Source of the DNA: Gekko japonicus | Taxonomy: Eukaryota | NCBI RefSeq assembly: GCF_001447785.1 | Contig: NW_015163618.1 | Coordinates: 505,942 to 569,941 of the forward strand | Length of the DNA stretch: 64,000 nucleotides | Direction: 5' to 3' | Shown here: positions 23,448 to 34,906 of the stretch, piece after piece | Numbering within the stretch: position 1 is the stretch's first letter | How the letters are laid out: each line of letters begins with the position of its first letter | The notes under the pieces: generated by a model | Told to the model about the DNA's origin: nothing | The model's database searches: none | The model's input: only the letters and a program-made list of their open reading frames with translations | Program-made: the position numbers and the translations under genes

Positions 23448-24701
23448 TGTAATGTTCCCCCCCTCTCATATACCTGCAGGAAGGCCCCCCCACATACCTA
23501 GGGAGGGAGGGAGGGGGCCCTGAGGAGGCAGAGGCTAGTGGGTTTCCTGCCTATATCTGTTGCGCTCTCTCTCTCTGGGCCCACCAGAGGACTGGGCGAC
23601 TGGGGAGAAGATGAAGAAATGGCCCCCCATTTTGGGGGGAGACGTCAGCTCTTTGGAGCTGCAGTTACAGGCCCCCCTATCCCTGGGATGATGACAACGC
23701 CAACCAGGAATGACAATGGAAAAGTTTTAGGAGCTGCTAATGAGGGGCCCATAATTAACACAGAAATATCCCCCTGGGGGCTTTGAGGATTAAAATCTGG
23801 ATCATTGTGGGGGGGGGCCATGCTTAACACGGCCGGCAGTGACTCAGGATGAGACAAAAGGGGGGTCAGAGTAGCCCCTGCCTCATTCCACTAACTGGGG
23901 GCTGTGGAGGAAGGAGGTGTGTTTTTCCCCCACATCTGCATCAGTAGTTGGAGAGATCGCTCAGAGAACTTTGAGGCATTATTGATGGCAGAGCAGGAAG
24001 AGGACTGTTCGCCTGTGCTTAATCCAGGACTTGGAACTACCACCAAAGTTGGAGATATCGCCCGCCCAGAGAAGTTCTCTTGGAGGAGTTATTCTGCTCA
24101 CCTTCACTAACAGTGGTGGGAAGAGGATTTTTTCCATCTCTGCTGCATCCAGAACTTGGAACTACCACCGGAGATGGACATCTTGCCCACCCGGAGAAAT
24201 TCGCTTGGAGGAGTTATTCTGCTTACCTTTGCTGATAGCAGAGCAGGAGGAGGATTATTTTCTGTCTGCACTTCATCCAGGACTTGGAACTACCACCGGA
24301 GTTGGCCATCTTGCCCGCCTGGAGAAGTTCGCTTTGAGGAGTTATTCTGCTCGCCTTCGCTGACAGCAGAGCAGGAAGAGGATTTGCTCAGTCTCCGCTG
24401 CATCCAGGACTTGGAGCTACCGCTGGTGTTATGTCCGCTGACCGCCTCTAGGTGCCAGTGATTTACTGCTGAGTTTAACTTCCTAGGAACAATAGGGACT
24501 AGGCTCCTGGATTTTCCTTGGGGAACCAATAGGGACTTTGGCGGGAGGTTTAAACCCACCAATAGGATCTAGGGGTGTTCCCAGGTACTGTATATAGTTG
24601 GCCACCCGGCCAGTGTTTTGTTTTCTAGCTGTGTACCAGTAAACCATGCTGATCACTACAGCTGTCTCTGTGATTTCTACATGCGTCTAACCCACTACAC
24701 A
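23448..24701 (+). mobile_element. Putative solo LTR (Gypsy-like) with internal ~127-bp tandem repeats
   Basis: TG...CA termini; 4-bp TSD ACAG (23444-23447, 24702-24705); TATATA at ~24592 and AGTAAA at ~24638 near the 3' end. Confidence 0.55.
23948..24430 (+). repeat. Diverged tandem repeat, ~127-bp unit, ~4 copies
   Basis: TTGGA(A/G)CTAC anchors at 24031, 24156, 24284 and 24411 (periods 125, 128, 127). Confidence 0.85.
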
Positions 24702-25334
24702 ACAGCTGGAATTGGAGACATCGCCTGCCTAGAGAAAGTAAGAGAAAGATGATAGTTCCTATATAAGATGAAACATAAGGCAATCAACAGCCAAAGAGGC
24801 TCAACATCTAACCCATGAGAAGGTGGGGCCAACTGCCAAGTGGCTGAAACAGAGAATTATCTTAACAGTTTCCCTCCCAGATACTATTGCATGTAGAGTT
24901 ACAATATCCAACAAGGTGCACGGTACTTTACATTTTGTACTATTACTATTGGCTCCCGGCTTCACTAAATTTTTCTGACTGAGCAAGAAATATTATTTTG
25001 CTTTATTCTTTTATGTCTTAACAGTTCTCTAAAAAATTTTATAAGACTATCTTTCCAAAAAATGACTCATTGCTTTTGGAAAATGTACCTGACCATGACA
25101 GTAAACTCTCAAGAATGAGGCCTCTGATTAATATCTTTGCCTTTGGTCACAGAGAATAATCATGAGGAAGTAAGTTAACATATATCTTTTGTTGACAAAT
25201 GTTTTCAAGTTTATTATTTTTAATAATTAATAATTTATCTTATTTTTTTCTCCTCCAGGAAACTTTATCTTGGTCAATTTATAAGAAATGATTGTTGTAT
25301 TATAATGGCAGGAGCCATTCCTGTAATGTATTTG

Positions 25335-25380
25335 TTTGACTACTGAGAAAGGCCAATGGGCCGAAATACTTCTGGTCAGA
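25335..25380 (+). ncRNA. Degenerate hammerhead ribozyme motif (core substituted)
   Basis: TTTGACTA-CTGAGAAA-GGCC-AATG-GGCC-GAAA-TACT-TC-TGGTCAGA; 8-bp stem I with G-U pairs; G8 is replaced by A. Confidence 0.55.
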
Positions 25381-26107
25381 GTCAATAATGGTCACTTCTT
25401 GTTGTCACTGTACATTATGAATCTTAGGTGAGGCTATCACAGGGGCCAATATCTGTTTTCAATTTACTTTGAAATAAATACATGTATATTTTTGAATATC
25501 TGTTTATATTTATTAATTTTAAATTTGACTGACAGAATCATTTAGTTATTAATCGTTTCTTCCTGTTTGAGCCTGCCTGGCCCTACCAGGTCCTTTTTCT
25601 GGCCACCCACCCTTCTCAGGTGAGATGAGATGACTGTTGAGAAAATAGGCAGAAATACTTAAATACTCCAGAGTTTGCAATGGATCTTTGCTTCACTGGA
25701 GAGGAGACATTTCTTTCTATGTAAAAATCTTTATTTCTAAGGGAAGGGTTCACATGGAAAGCTACAAAAGAGATATCTAGAGCTACATTTTTTAAATCCT
25801 TACAGCACAGAACACATGGTCACACAACAATGGAGTTTCTTCTTCTTCTTGACCCCTAGAAGGAAGTCACCATGATTGCTAGTAAACAGACTTAGATTTG
25901 GGCTATCTTCCCATTGGCTCTGATCCAAGTTTCCCTTCCAAGTCAGTCCAGAGCCAACAGTCCCTTCCAGTTACACTAGGTAAAGCAGATTAACCCTATA
26001 ATGACTGGAATCTAGATCTTGCAAGTCACACATTTCCAACAGTGACAACATAGAGAGGATTCTTGGTGCCACAACTATGGTCTTCTCTCTCCTTTGATTA
26101 TCCCAAA

Positions 26108-26770
26108 TGGGTTAGTGTTAGTCTGTAGAAGCAAAAACAAGAGTCCAGGGGCACTTTAGGTACTAATATTTATTCCATCATAAATTGTCTTGAGTCTTTC
26201 CTCATTTAACCAGAGGCACCCATAAAACTAATGAGTTTATATTAAAGTCTGTAAACAACAGAAAGGCAGGGCAGGGATGTCACAAAGAGAGCAGTTTAAT
26301 AAAAGATCCAAATCAAAAGAGCAATCAGCTCACTGAGCCCCCCCAATCCCAACTATTGATAGGCAAAATAGGATTAATATAACTTGATCTTGGAAATCTG
26401 AAGAAATGTGCTTATACCCAGAATTAAACTTTGTTGGTCTTAGAAGTGCCACTGGAATCAAACTTTGTTTTGGTCTTGGTGCAGGATGAGACCTGAAAAT
26501 CTGATCCAATTAGAAAGTCCAAGACATATGGGTGGAACCAATTAACATTTGTAACGGGTGGAATATGCAAGATATTAGTGCCTGTAGCGCTAATACTGAG
26601 GGAAAACCTCGAAGTTCTTGTTCAGACTGCTGATAAACTTCTTGGTGAATTCTAATACAGCAAATTCACGCTGTAATTTCACAATTTCACAAATTGTTTT
26701 ATTTGAGAACAATGAGTTTTAGAAAGTAACATTAAAATGTTCAGCCATTTTTAAAAAATATTGTGACCGT
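26108..26770 (-). mobile_element. Old Penelope-like element remnant (GIY-YIG C-terminus plus pseudo-LTR)
   Basis: Minus-strand pieces MAEHFN..LKLIVLK..LQREFAVLEFTKKF..LNKN; pLTR-like GTGTTAGTCTGTAG..AAGAGTCCAGGGGCACTTTA at ~26115; opposite-orientation pLTR piece at 26397-26470. Confidence 0.6.
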
Positions 26771-26869
26771 GTGTATGTAAAGGATCAAGGCAGAGCAGAG
26801 CACTCCACCACCCTTACCCTCTTTCTGTTGTTTGCCGCCTTTAATATAATTTCCTCGGATTTATGTATG

Positions 26870-27300
26870 TACCCAGCGTTCCACCAGGGATCGCTCCCTC
26901 AGAAACCTGCCCCGCCAGCTGCTATGGCAACGGCTGGGTGGAGAAGAGCGTTGCCTTCGACCAACAGAGAGCGACCTAGTGTTTGCGTCATCGGATTGCG
27001 ACAACCGAAGAGGGCAGGGAGAGTGAAGTGAGAGGGACAGAGAGCGCTCGTGGCAGACATGAGGGGGTTCGGTGTTATCCTTAGGGCGGCGCGTGCAGCT
27101 CTCCCTGCTGGAATCCGCCAGTTCCGCACCGCCTGCCCTCGGCCCGCCTTCGCTAAGGAGCTTTTCCTGGGTACCTTTCGGAAGGTGAGGCTTGTCGGCT
27201 GGCCGGGCGCGGCCAGTCAGTCTCGTCCCTTCTGAGAGCTCCATAGGCTGGCGTGGCACCCTCCCCCCAGGCTCCGTCGTAAGGTCCAGGCGCTGCAGAC
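26870..27300 (+). promoter_or_regulatory. CpG-island promoter of ACAD9 (GC box, X-box-like, CRE/ATF-like motifs)
   Basis: High CpG density around exon 1; CCCCGCC 26910-26916; GCTGCTATGGCAAC 26918-26931; TGCGTCA ~26984; no TATA box seen. Confidence 0.75.
27059..27184 (+). CDS. ACAD9: ACAD9 exon 1 (mitochondrial presequence; MRGFGVILRAARAA...AFAKELFLGTFRK)
   Basis: ATG at 27059; Arg-rich N-terminus free of acidic residues; AAG|gtgagg. Confidence 0.92.
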
Positions 27301-27807
27301 CTTTTGAGTGAGACTGCCTGGGGGAGTTGGTGGGGTAACTCCCTTCACACTGCACGGGGAGGGTCACCTTTTGGGGCTGAAACCGCTATGTTCCAAGCGC
27401 CTTACAGATAGAAAACTAGTTCAGCAGAGAGAGGGGTTTTCTTCGTGGTGTCCTTGTTTTCTCTTTACTGGGATGGTGAAAAAACATGTAGAGCTAGAAT
27501 CCTTCACTTGTAGTCTCCGCTGATATAATCCATTCCTAAATCTGCACTGTATGGTGATCTCTTGTATAGTCTCAATCTCAGGCGCCTATTTTGTAATGTC
27601 TTTTTTAAAACACAAGGTGTATGTTTGCTGGTGCCATCTCTACCTGGTTCCAGTGTCTTGGAATTGATACCCCCCCCCTCCCCTTTTCACTCAGTGAGAT
27701 GGATTGACTCAATAAAGGATGCTACACAGCCCTCAGACTGCAAGACCCGAGCAAGGCTGTTAACAATAGGACATATTGGAGGTTATTAATTCATAACCTC
27801 CAATATA

Positions 27808-28305
27808 ACCTGAGGGGTGACATGATTGAGGTTTATAAGATTATGCATGGGAAAGAACAGGTAGAGAAAGAGGTACTTTTCTCCCTCTCTCACAATACAA
27901 GAACTCGTGGGCACTCCATGAAATTGCTGAGCGGTCAGGTTAGAACGGATAAAAGGAAGTACTTCTTCACCCAAAGAGTGATTAACACATGGAATTCACT
28001 GCCACAGGAGGTGGTGGCGGCTACAAGCATGGACGACTTCAAAAGGGAATTAGATAAGCTTATGGGCAGAGGTCCATCAGTGGCTATTAGCCACAAGGTA
28101 TAGATAGGGGCTCTGGGGCAAGTGATGCTCTGTCTTCTTGGTGCTGGGGGGGGGGTCAACAGTGGGAGGGCTTCTAATGTCTTGGCCCCACTGGTGGACC
28201 TCCTGATGGCACTGGTATTTCTGGCCACTGTGTGATACAGAGTGTTGGACTGGATGGGCCTTTGGCCTGATCCAACATTGGCATCTTTATGTTCTTATGT
28301 TCTTA
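27808..28305 (+). mobile_element. CR1 LINE 3' fragment
   Basis: MIEVYKIMHG..GHSMKLLSGQVRTDKRKYFFTQRVINTWNSLP; ends TTATGTTCTTATGTTCTTA. Confidence 0.92.
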
Positions 28306-29234
28306 AAGTCACCATAAATTGGAATTGACTTGAGAACACTTAACACGTGCGCAATTCTTTCACACACATACTTAGGGATCTTTAATCTCAGGAAGCAACT
28401 TTGCTTTCTCCTTTGATTTCTAAGTGACCAAGTAGTGACACTGTTCTTAGATATGATTTGTAGAACATGGTTTGTTTTTCTGTATGGTAAAATAGCTGAC
28501 ATCATTGTTGGGAGCATGTTTTACAGCCTGGTCCGTTATAGTGTAGACTAGGGTGTGTTTTTTCTGAGAGTGTTGTACCAAATAGAAAATCTACCTCTTT
28601 TTTCAAATGCCACGCTTTCCCCTTGTGTATCACTAGTGCTTCTTGTCTGTTGTTTGTGGCATTGTCTTTAACATACTGGTGTCTTTCACATCAGGAAAAG
28701 CATGTGTGGCAACTTATGTTCTGTATAGCAGATTTCCCTGTCCTGGTCTCTGGGCAGCAGCCATCCCCCACCCCACAGCACCTTTTAAAATAAATTAACC
28801 AGTATTTGAATATTATTATATCAATATAATGTTATTATGTGTAACAAGTTCTCTTAATTCTCAGTTTTCATTAGAAAACAATAAGTCTTGAGCCGTTTCA
28901 CTGTGGAGATATACCTTTCTCCTTATACCTCTGCCATGAGAGACTAGTCTTGCTTTTTTTGAAATGAAAACTGGCAGTTTAGAAAAACTGACTTGTACTG
29001 AGCCACTGCCTGCCTGCTGTGATTAAATCAGTGAAAGTGAACAAATTACAGTCCTGATCCTATTGTATTGTTTATTGAATACCTCATCCTGTTGATTCTA
29101 TTGACTCGCTGTATAATCTGCCTTGAGTCCAAGTAAGAAAGGTGGACTATAAATGATGTAAATAATACATTGAAACTGAAGCCAGGCAGTATGGAAGTAA
29201 TACTGGTAGGGAAATTTGAAGTCTTCCCTTCCTC

Positions 29235-32200
29235 TTTTTTTTGTTTAACGATTTATTTTAAACTTTTACCAATTAACACAATCTTTACACTTACCATTAC
29301 AAATACAATTGTGAGAGCCTTAATATTCCAATATTCTTTGTATCCAGTTATACACTCTTGACCAAAGTCTCAAGTAAGTCTCTTCATCTTTCCCTTGTAA
29401 TAGAATAGTCAGTCTTTCAGTCTCTGTCAGCTCTAATAGTCTTTGTATTAATTCCTCCTTTGTTAGAATGTTTTCTGATTTCCAATATTTTGCAAACAAA
29501 ATTCTGGCCAAAGAAAGAATATATTTTATCAGACGTAAATCCAATTTATTATATCCATGGGGTATCATATTCAATAGATGAATCTCAGGTTTTAACTGTA
29601 GATTAATAACTACATTTCTTACATTTCCAACATAAACTCGTTACATTTGAATAACATTTGACTAGTTTTTCGGGGGACCAATGCCATCTATGAAACATTT
29701 TGTAAATGTTCTCTTTGTGAGCCGTAGCTCTAGTGAATTTTATTGTATTCCACATTTTTGACCAGTCTTCTAAATCTGTATTATGGCCAATATCCCATAC
29801 AAGCAATCATTGGTACTTTAACCATTTCATCATACATATATTCATCTCTTTTTTTTGTGCCCCCCCGTAGGGGATTTTTTTTATTTGCATTTTCTATTAA
29901 CTACAAACTATAAAACTACAACAAAAATAGGGAAGGAAACTACATACTGTGGCGAAAAATAAAGAAAACCCTCTAAAAACCCGAGAGATAGTGGTCATAC
30001 AGCTTATCAAAATTAGCTTTTGGCTCAATTCAATTCAAGTTCATTGAATGTGGTCATCTAGCAATCAATTTATACTAATAAGACCTCAATTCTGACTTCA
30101 TAAAAAGCAATATAAGGCTTATAACAATACATTTTAAGTGTTTTCAGAGTGTGATAACATCTTATTTTTTATACTTTGACTTTCTCAAATTATAGCTTGT
30201 CTTCAGGGCAGCTGCCCCCAATTTAGAGTCTGAGTCCTCGTCTGAAGATGCCGCTGCTCCTTCTTCTTCGCTGTCTTTAGTGCTGTCCTCTTTCTCAGCT
30301 TCAACCTCTCCTGATGGACTATGTAGATGCAGAAATTCTCATGCCTTTTCAACAGGGTCAATTTTTTCTTTCTTGTCCATAAATTTGAAGATTGTACCTT
30401 TGGGTATTAACCATCTGTAGGGCTTGTCACGAAGTCTCTATATTTCCTCCTCTTCCTTCTTATTTCAAACGGGATGTCCTTTAATACTTTTATTTCTTTG
30501 TCTTTGATCTTCAAGGTAGATCTATTTGTCGCTTTGAGAATTTGATATCTCACTTGTCTTTTAGAGAATCTTATAATCACTTCCCCAGGCAGATTATTTT
30601 TTCTTGTAAATTCTGGATTCGATCTATAGATCATATCTGTTTCGCTTTGTAAGGTGTCCGTTTTTATATCTGCTATAGGTCCTAATGCATCACACATAGT
30701 CTGTTTCAGATTCTCGGATTTTTCTTCAGGAATACCTTGAAATCTTAAGACATAGCTTGCTCTCTCCATTAGTAGCTGTAACAGTTGAGACTCCTCCATG
30801 AATCTCTTTTTTTCCATCACCTGCAATTGTTTTTTAAGCTTTTTGGTGTTGGTATCCACTTCTTTTACTTCTTGTTCAGTTTTATCTGTTTTTTTGGCTA
30901 TTTCAGTCAATTGCAATTGCTGTGTGTCGAATTTGCTGTGCAGTGCTGTCACTTGTTCTAGCAGGGGTCGCAATGTTTCTGTCAGCATCTTTTGTAGCTC
31001 CGTAGGTGTGTCCTGTCTAGGGGCAGGACTCGCTGGGCCAGCAGTTCCGGCAAGAAGTTTTGTTTTGCTTGTTTGTCTTTCTCATCCTTCCTCGTGGGCG
31101 CCATGTTTGAGATTGTTTACTCTTTATATACGTTATCACAATTTCTGATTCTCCCAGCACAGCTTGGTAAGTACTTAAATGCTTTTAATTTCAGTCTCTC
31201 TTGCTTCAGTATTCCACCCCCCTTTTCACATAAATGCAAAGTTCGCTTAGTTTTTCTTATCGGGGGAAAGTCCCCCCCCCTCGCGTTTAAAGGGTAGGTT
31301 TCCGCTTAAATTTTCGGTGTTTCTTGCTTAAACTTCAACTCACATTTCAACACCAGATCTGATTTTCTTTGCAAATTGCTCGGCCACCAAACGCTTGCTC
31401 TGGTGTGCGCTTCTAATTCCCATTTGGGATGTACTGTGGCGGGACCTTCGGGGCTTGGAGAAAGCCCCCCTTCACTGGCTGGGTCGCTGGAGGAAGAGCC
31501 TTCTATCGCCCCATGGCTAGAGCCTCCTGCAGAGGCTCCGGGGGTGGCGTGGACAATCACGCCCCCTCCTTACCGTAGGCTCTGGCAGTCCTCTCCCGGA
31601 GAAATGGGAGAAGTGGCCACCATGGCGAATGCCAAAATCAGAACCTCCATATCTTCATCTATTAAGAAGGTATATAACTTTTTAATCAATTTCTCATCTG
31701 AACTCAACCAAATCCTATCCCAGTCCGTTAATTTCTTGTAAAAACCTAGTTGGTTATCTTTAATAAACCTAGATTTTAACTGCAGTCCTTCTCACCAGGT
31801 AAATTTTATATTTTGGCTTAATAGTATTTCATCTGGTTTTAATCTATTATTTATATCTAATAACTCATCGTAGGAATTTAGATTATATTTAGATAGTAAC
31901 GTGGGTTTTATGAAAGCTTCGAGAGGTGAAACCCACCTTGGGATTTTATCATAGTGCGTTAATTTGATCTCTTTCCATATTTTTATCAATGCCCCTCTTA
32001 TCACATGTTGGTGAAAGTTTTTATGTACTCTGTCTTTGTTGTACTATATATAGGCGTGCCATCCCATAGTTAAATCGTGACTTTCTAATTTTAAACATCT
32101 TGAGTTCTCTAAAGATATCCATTCTTTTATTCATAATAGTGATGCTGCTTTATAATATAGAGCCCAATTGGGTAGCCCAAAACCTCCCCTTTCCTTTTTG

Positions 32201-33431
32201 TCTTGAAGAGCTTTCAATTTAATCCTTGGATTTTTCGACTGCCAAATAAACTGACCTACAATTTTATCTAAATCTTTTAAAAATTGCTTCTTTTTAAGAA
32301 TTGGTATATTTTGAGCCAAAAATAAAAACCTTGGCAAGATGTTCATTTTAATTGCAATTCTCCCCATAAATGATAGTTGTAATCCCTTCCATTTTTCCAA
32401 ATCTTTTTATATCAATAAGTAACTTCTTATAATTGTCTTATTTATTTTTTTGATTTTTATCCCGCCCTCCTGCCGAAGCGGCTCTTCTAGTATAGAACTA
32501 CACCTGTTAGTTAAGACTATTCCTAAATACTTGACTTTTTTACTTACTTCTATAGAGGAGATTTCTTGAAGCTGTTGTATCTGACTTTTCGTGCAATTTT
32601 TGGTCAGTGAACTAGTTTTTAAAAAATTAATTTTCAAACCTGCTGCTTGTCCATAATCTTGAATTATAGTAATAAATTGATTAATAGATGTTACGGGCTT
32701 TTCTAGAATAAGAATTAGGTTGTCCGCAAACGCTTGGAGTTTAAATTCTTCTTCTTTTATTCTTAATCCTTTTATCATCTCATCTTCTCTTACCCGGTCA
32801 TTGAGGGCTTCCAAGGTAAAAATGAAAAGCAGGGTAGAGAGAGGGCATCCTTACCTTGTCCCTTTCTGTATTTCAATTTTATGGGTAAGATCTCCAGTCA
32901 CTTGTATATTTGATGTTTGTGCTTTATATATGGGACTAATAATCACTGTAAAAAACTTATCACCACAATCCCACGCATTGAGTTTTTGTAGTAAGAATTC
33001 TCAAATTATGTTATCAAAAGCCTTTTCCGCGTCAAGAAAAACAAGAGTGTTTTTCAGGGTGTAACTCATAGTATTCTAGCACATTGATAATTGTTCAAAC
33101 ATTATTTTTAATTTCTCTTCTTGGTAGAAACCCTGCTTGGTCTTGGTGGATGACTTGAATCAATACTCTTTTCAGTCTGGAAGCGAATATGTTTGCAAAT
33201 ATTTTATAATCAACATTCAGTAGGGATAAAGATCTATAATTTCTTTTTTTTTTCCCTTCAGTTTCTTGTTTGTGTATCAGTGTAATCAGAGCTTGGTTCC
33301 ATGAGTCAGGAGTTTTACCTTTCTGGACTATGTTTTGAATAACAGATTTTAATGGCAAAATTATTTGTTCTTGAAATACCTGGTAAACTTCTGCGGGAAG
33401 TTCATCTTGTCCTGGTGCTTTCTTTTTCTAG
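29235..33431 (-). mobile_element. L1 LINE ORF2 (5'-truncated, degenerate), split by a nested insert at 29848-31647
   Basis: YRSLSLLNVDYKIFA; DQAGFLPRR; LQAFADNLIL; KYLGI; GGFGLPNW; zf-RVT-like KENIYKMFHRWHWSP..CWKC; ARILFAKYWK. Confidence 0.9.
29848..31647 (-). mobile_element. ORF1-only L1-derived element (HAL1-like), 1.8 kb
   Basis: 13-bp TSD CATATATTCATCT/CATATCTTCATCT (29835-29847, 31648-31660); GC-rich 5'UTR; ORF1 coiled-coil plus LRFQGIPEE/VIIRF/VLKDIP motifs; AATAAA and A-tail; no ORF2. Confidence 0.75.
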
Positions 33432-33465
33432 TAGGGCATGAACTACCTCTTTGTTGCTTTTCTAT

Positions 33466-34619
33466 GGCCCTGGTCACATGGGCAGGAAAATGTGGGGGGG
33501 AAGCGTGGCTGTTAGCCCCGGGGCAAAATAACGCGCGGTTGCGCGATCAGACGTCCCGTGGAGGTCCCGTAGAGGTCCCGTGTATAGGTGGGAGGTGCCG
33601 ATCACATGACCATCCTGCAGCGCGGCAAAGAAGCAGCTGAAATGGACTACATGTCCCAGAAGGTCACTCGGTGGGAGGAGAAGGGAGAAACGGACGTGGC
33701 CAAGGGGTGGGGAAGAGGGAGCTTGAGTCCTCAGTGTGAGGGAAACTAACATTGGTGGTAGGGCGGGGGCGCATCTCGCTTTCTGCGACCCGAGACTGCT
33801 GGCTGAAAGGAAGGGAAGCAGCAGAGCTTCCCGTTGCCGCCGCCTGGGGATGGCAGGAGACACTGCCGCCGGTTGCTGAGGGCAGGAGCCTGGGACGTGT
33901 ACGCGACCGGATACCGACACAACCTTCTTATCTGCTGCCGTGGTGTGCTTCGAGAGAGAGAGAACGAGGCAGAAAGATGGAATTAAAATGAACACAGGCT
34001 GACAGCTTTGTCTGTGGAAGGGCTTGACGGGCACAGAGAAAGGGGCGGGGGGGAGGCTCTGACAGCCATTTTGCCTCTCCTCCGCTTGGCGACTGGAGCT
34101 CCGCGAAGCGGGCGCTGACGGGCAGAGTAAACTGCTATTGCCTTCTGACAATGAAACTGAAAGGAAGGTCCCCCGGAGGGAGTGGTGGTCACTGCTCTAG
34201 GCGACTCTGAGTTGCCTTCTGTGCGGCTCCTGGGGACGGTTGGACAAGCAGTCGCCTCTTCGCCTTCCTCCAGGGCAAACGGTTTTTTTCCCCCTGTACA
34301 CTGAGTATGCACATGCTCCGTTGGGTGCTTGTGCACATCCATGGAGACTTGGGGGGGAAGCTTTTTGCGAGGGGACATGGGCGGGCGCCGGATGCCATGG
34401 GATTCCACCGAAAATGCGATCACGTGCACGCCCTTGCCCCGCAGTTTCCGGAAACTAGTACCTCCGAGGTACTAGTTTTTTGCCGCGCGTCTTTGGCGGG
34501 AAGCCTCAGTTGAGCCACGGGAGCGCTACGCTTCCCAGATGTGCCGGTGAGATCACGCCCGGAAACTCCGCCTATCTTCTGTCTCTCTAGCGTGGCTAAT
34601 GTTCCGTGTGACCGCGGCC
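33466..34619. mobile_element. CpG-rich Harbinger-like non-autonomous element, ~1.15 kb
   Basis: Imperfect TIRs GGCCCTGGTCACATGG / CCGTGTGACCGCGGCC; no clear TSD. Confidence 0.6.
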
Positions 34620-34630
34620 AAAATATGGTA

Positions 34631-34906
34631 AGAAGAAGAGAAGAAGAGATTGGATTTATACCCCGCCCTTCACTTGGAGTCTCAGAGCGGCTTACAAACT
34701 CCTTTTCCTTCCCCTCCCCACAACAGACACCCTGTGAGGTGTGTGGGGCTGAGAGAACTCTGACACAAACTGCTTTTTCAAGGACAGCTGTGCCAGAGCT
34801 TGTGACTGACCCAAGGTCACATCAGCAGGTGCAAGTGGAGGAGTGGGGAATCAAACCCGGTTCTCCCAGATTAGAGTCCACGCACTTAACCACTACATCA
34901 AACTGG
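34631..34906 (-). mobile_element. tRNA-derived squamate SINE (Squam3-like), near full length
   Basis: Minus strand CCAGTTTGATGTAGTGGTTAAG (box A) ... GGTTTGATTCCCC (box B); tail (CTT)n. Confidence 0.85.

Noticed and set aside
23948-24430. CRISPR-like array or repeat-protein gene
   Set aside because: Eukaryotic context; the units are diverged tandem copies without unique spacers; periods of 125, 128 and 127 break the reading frame.
26861-27367. 168-aa antisense ORF over the ACAD9 promoter
   Set aside because: Non-ATG start, GC-rich stop-poor region, no recognisable domain.
33474-34429. 225-aa and 148-aa minus-strand ORFs
   Set aside because: They lie within a GC-rich TIR-bounded element with low-complexity composition and no transposase or other motifs.
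34830-34906. tRNA gene
   Set aside because: A/B boxes belong to a SINE head, continuous with the SINE body and tail; no complete cloverleaf.
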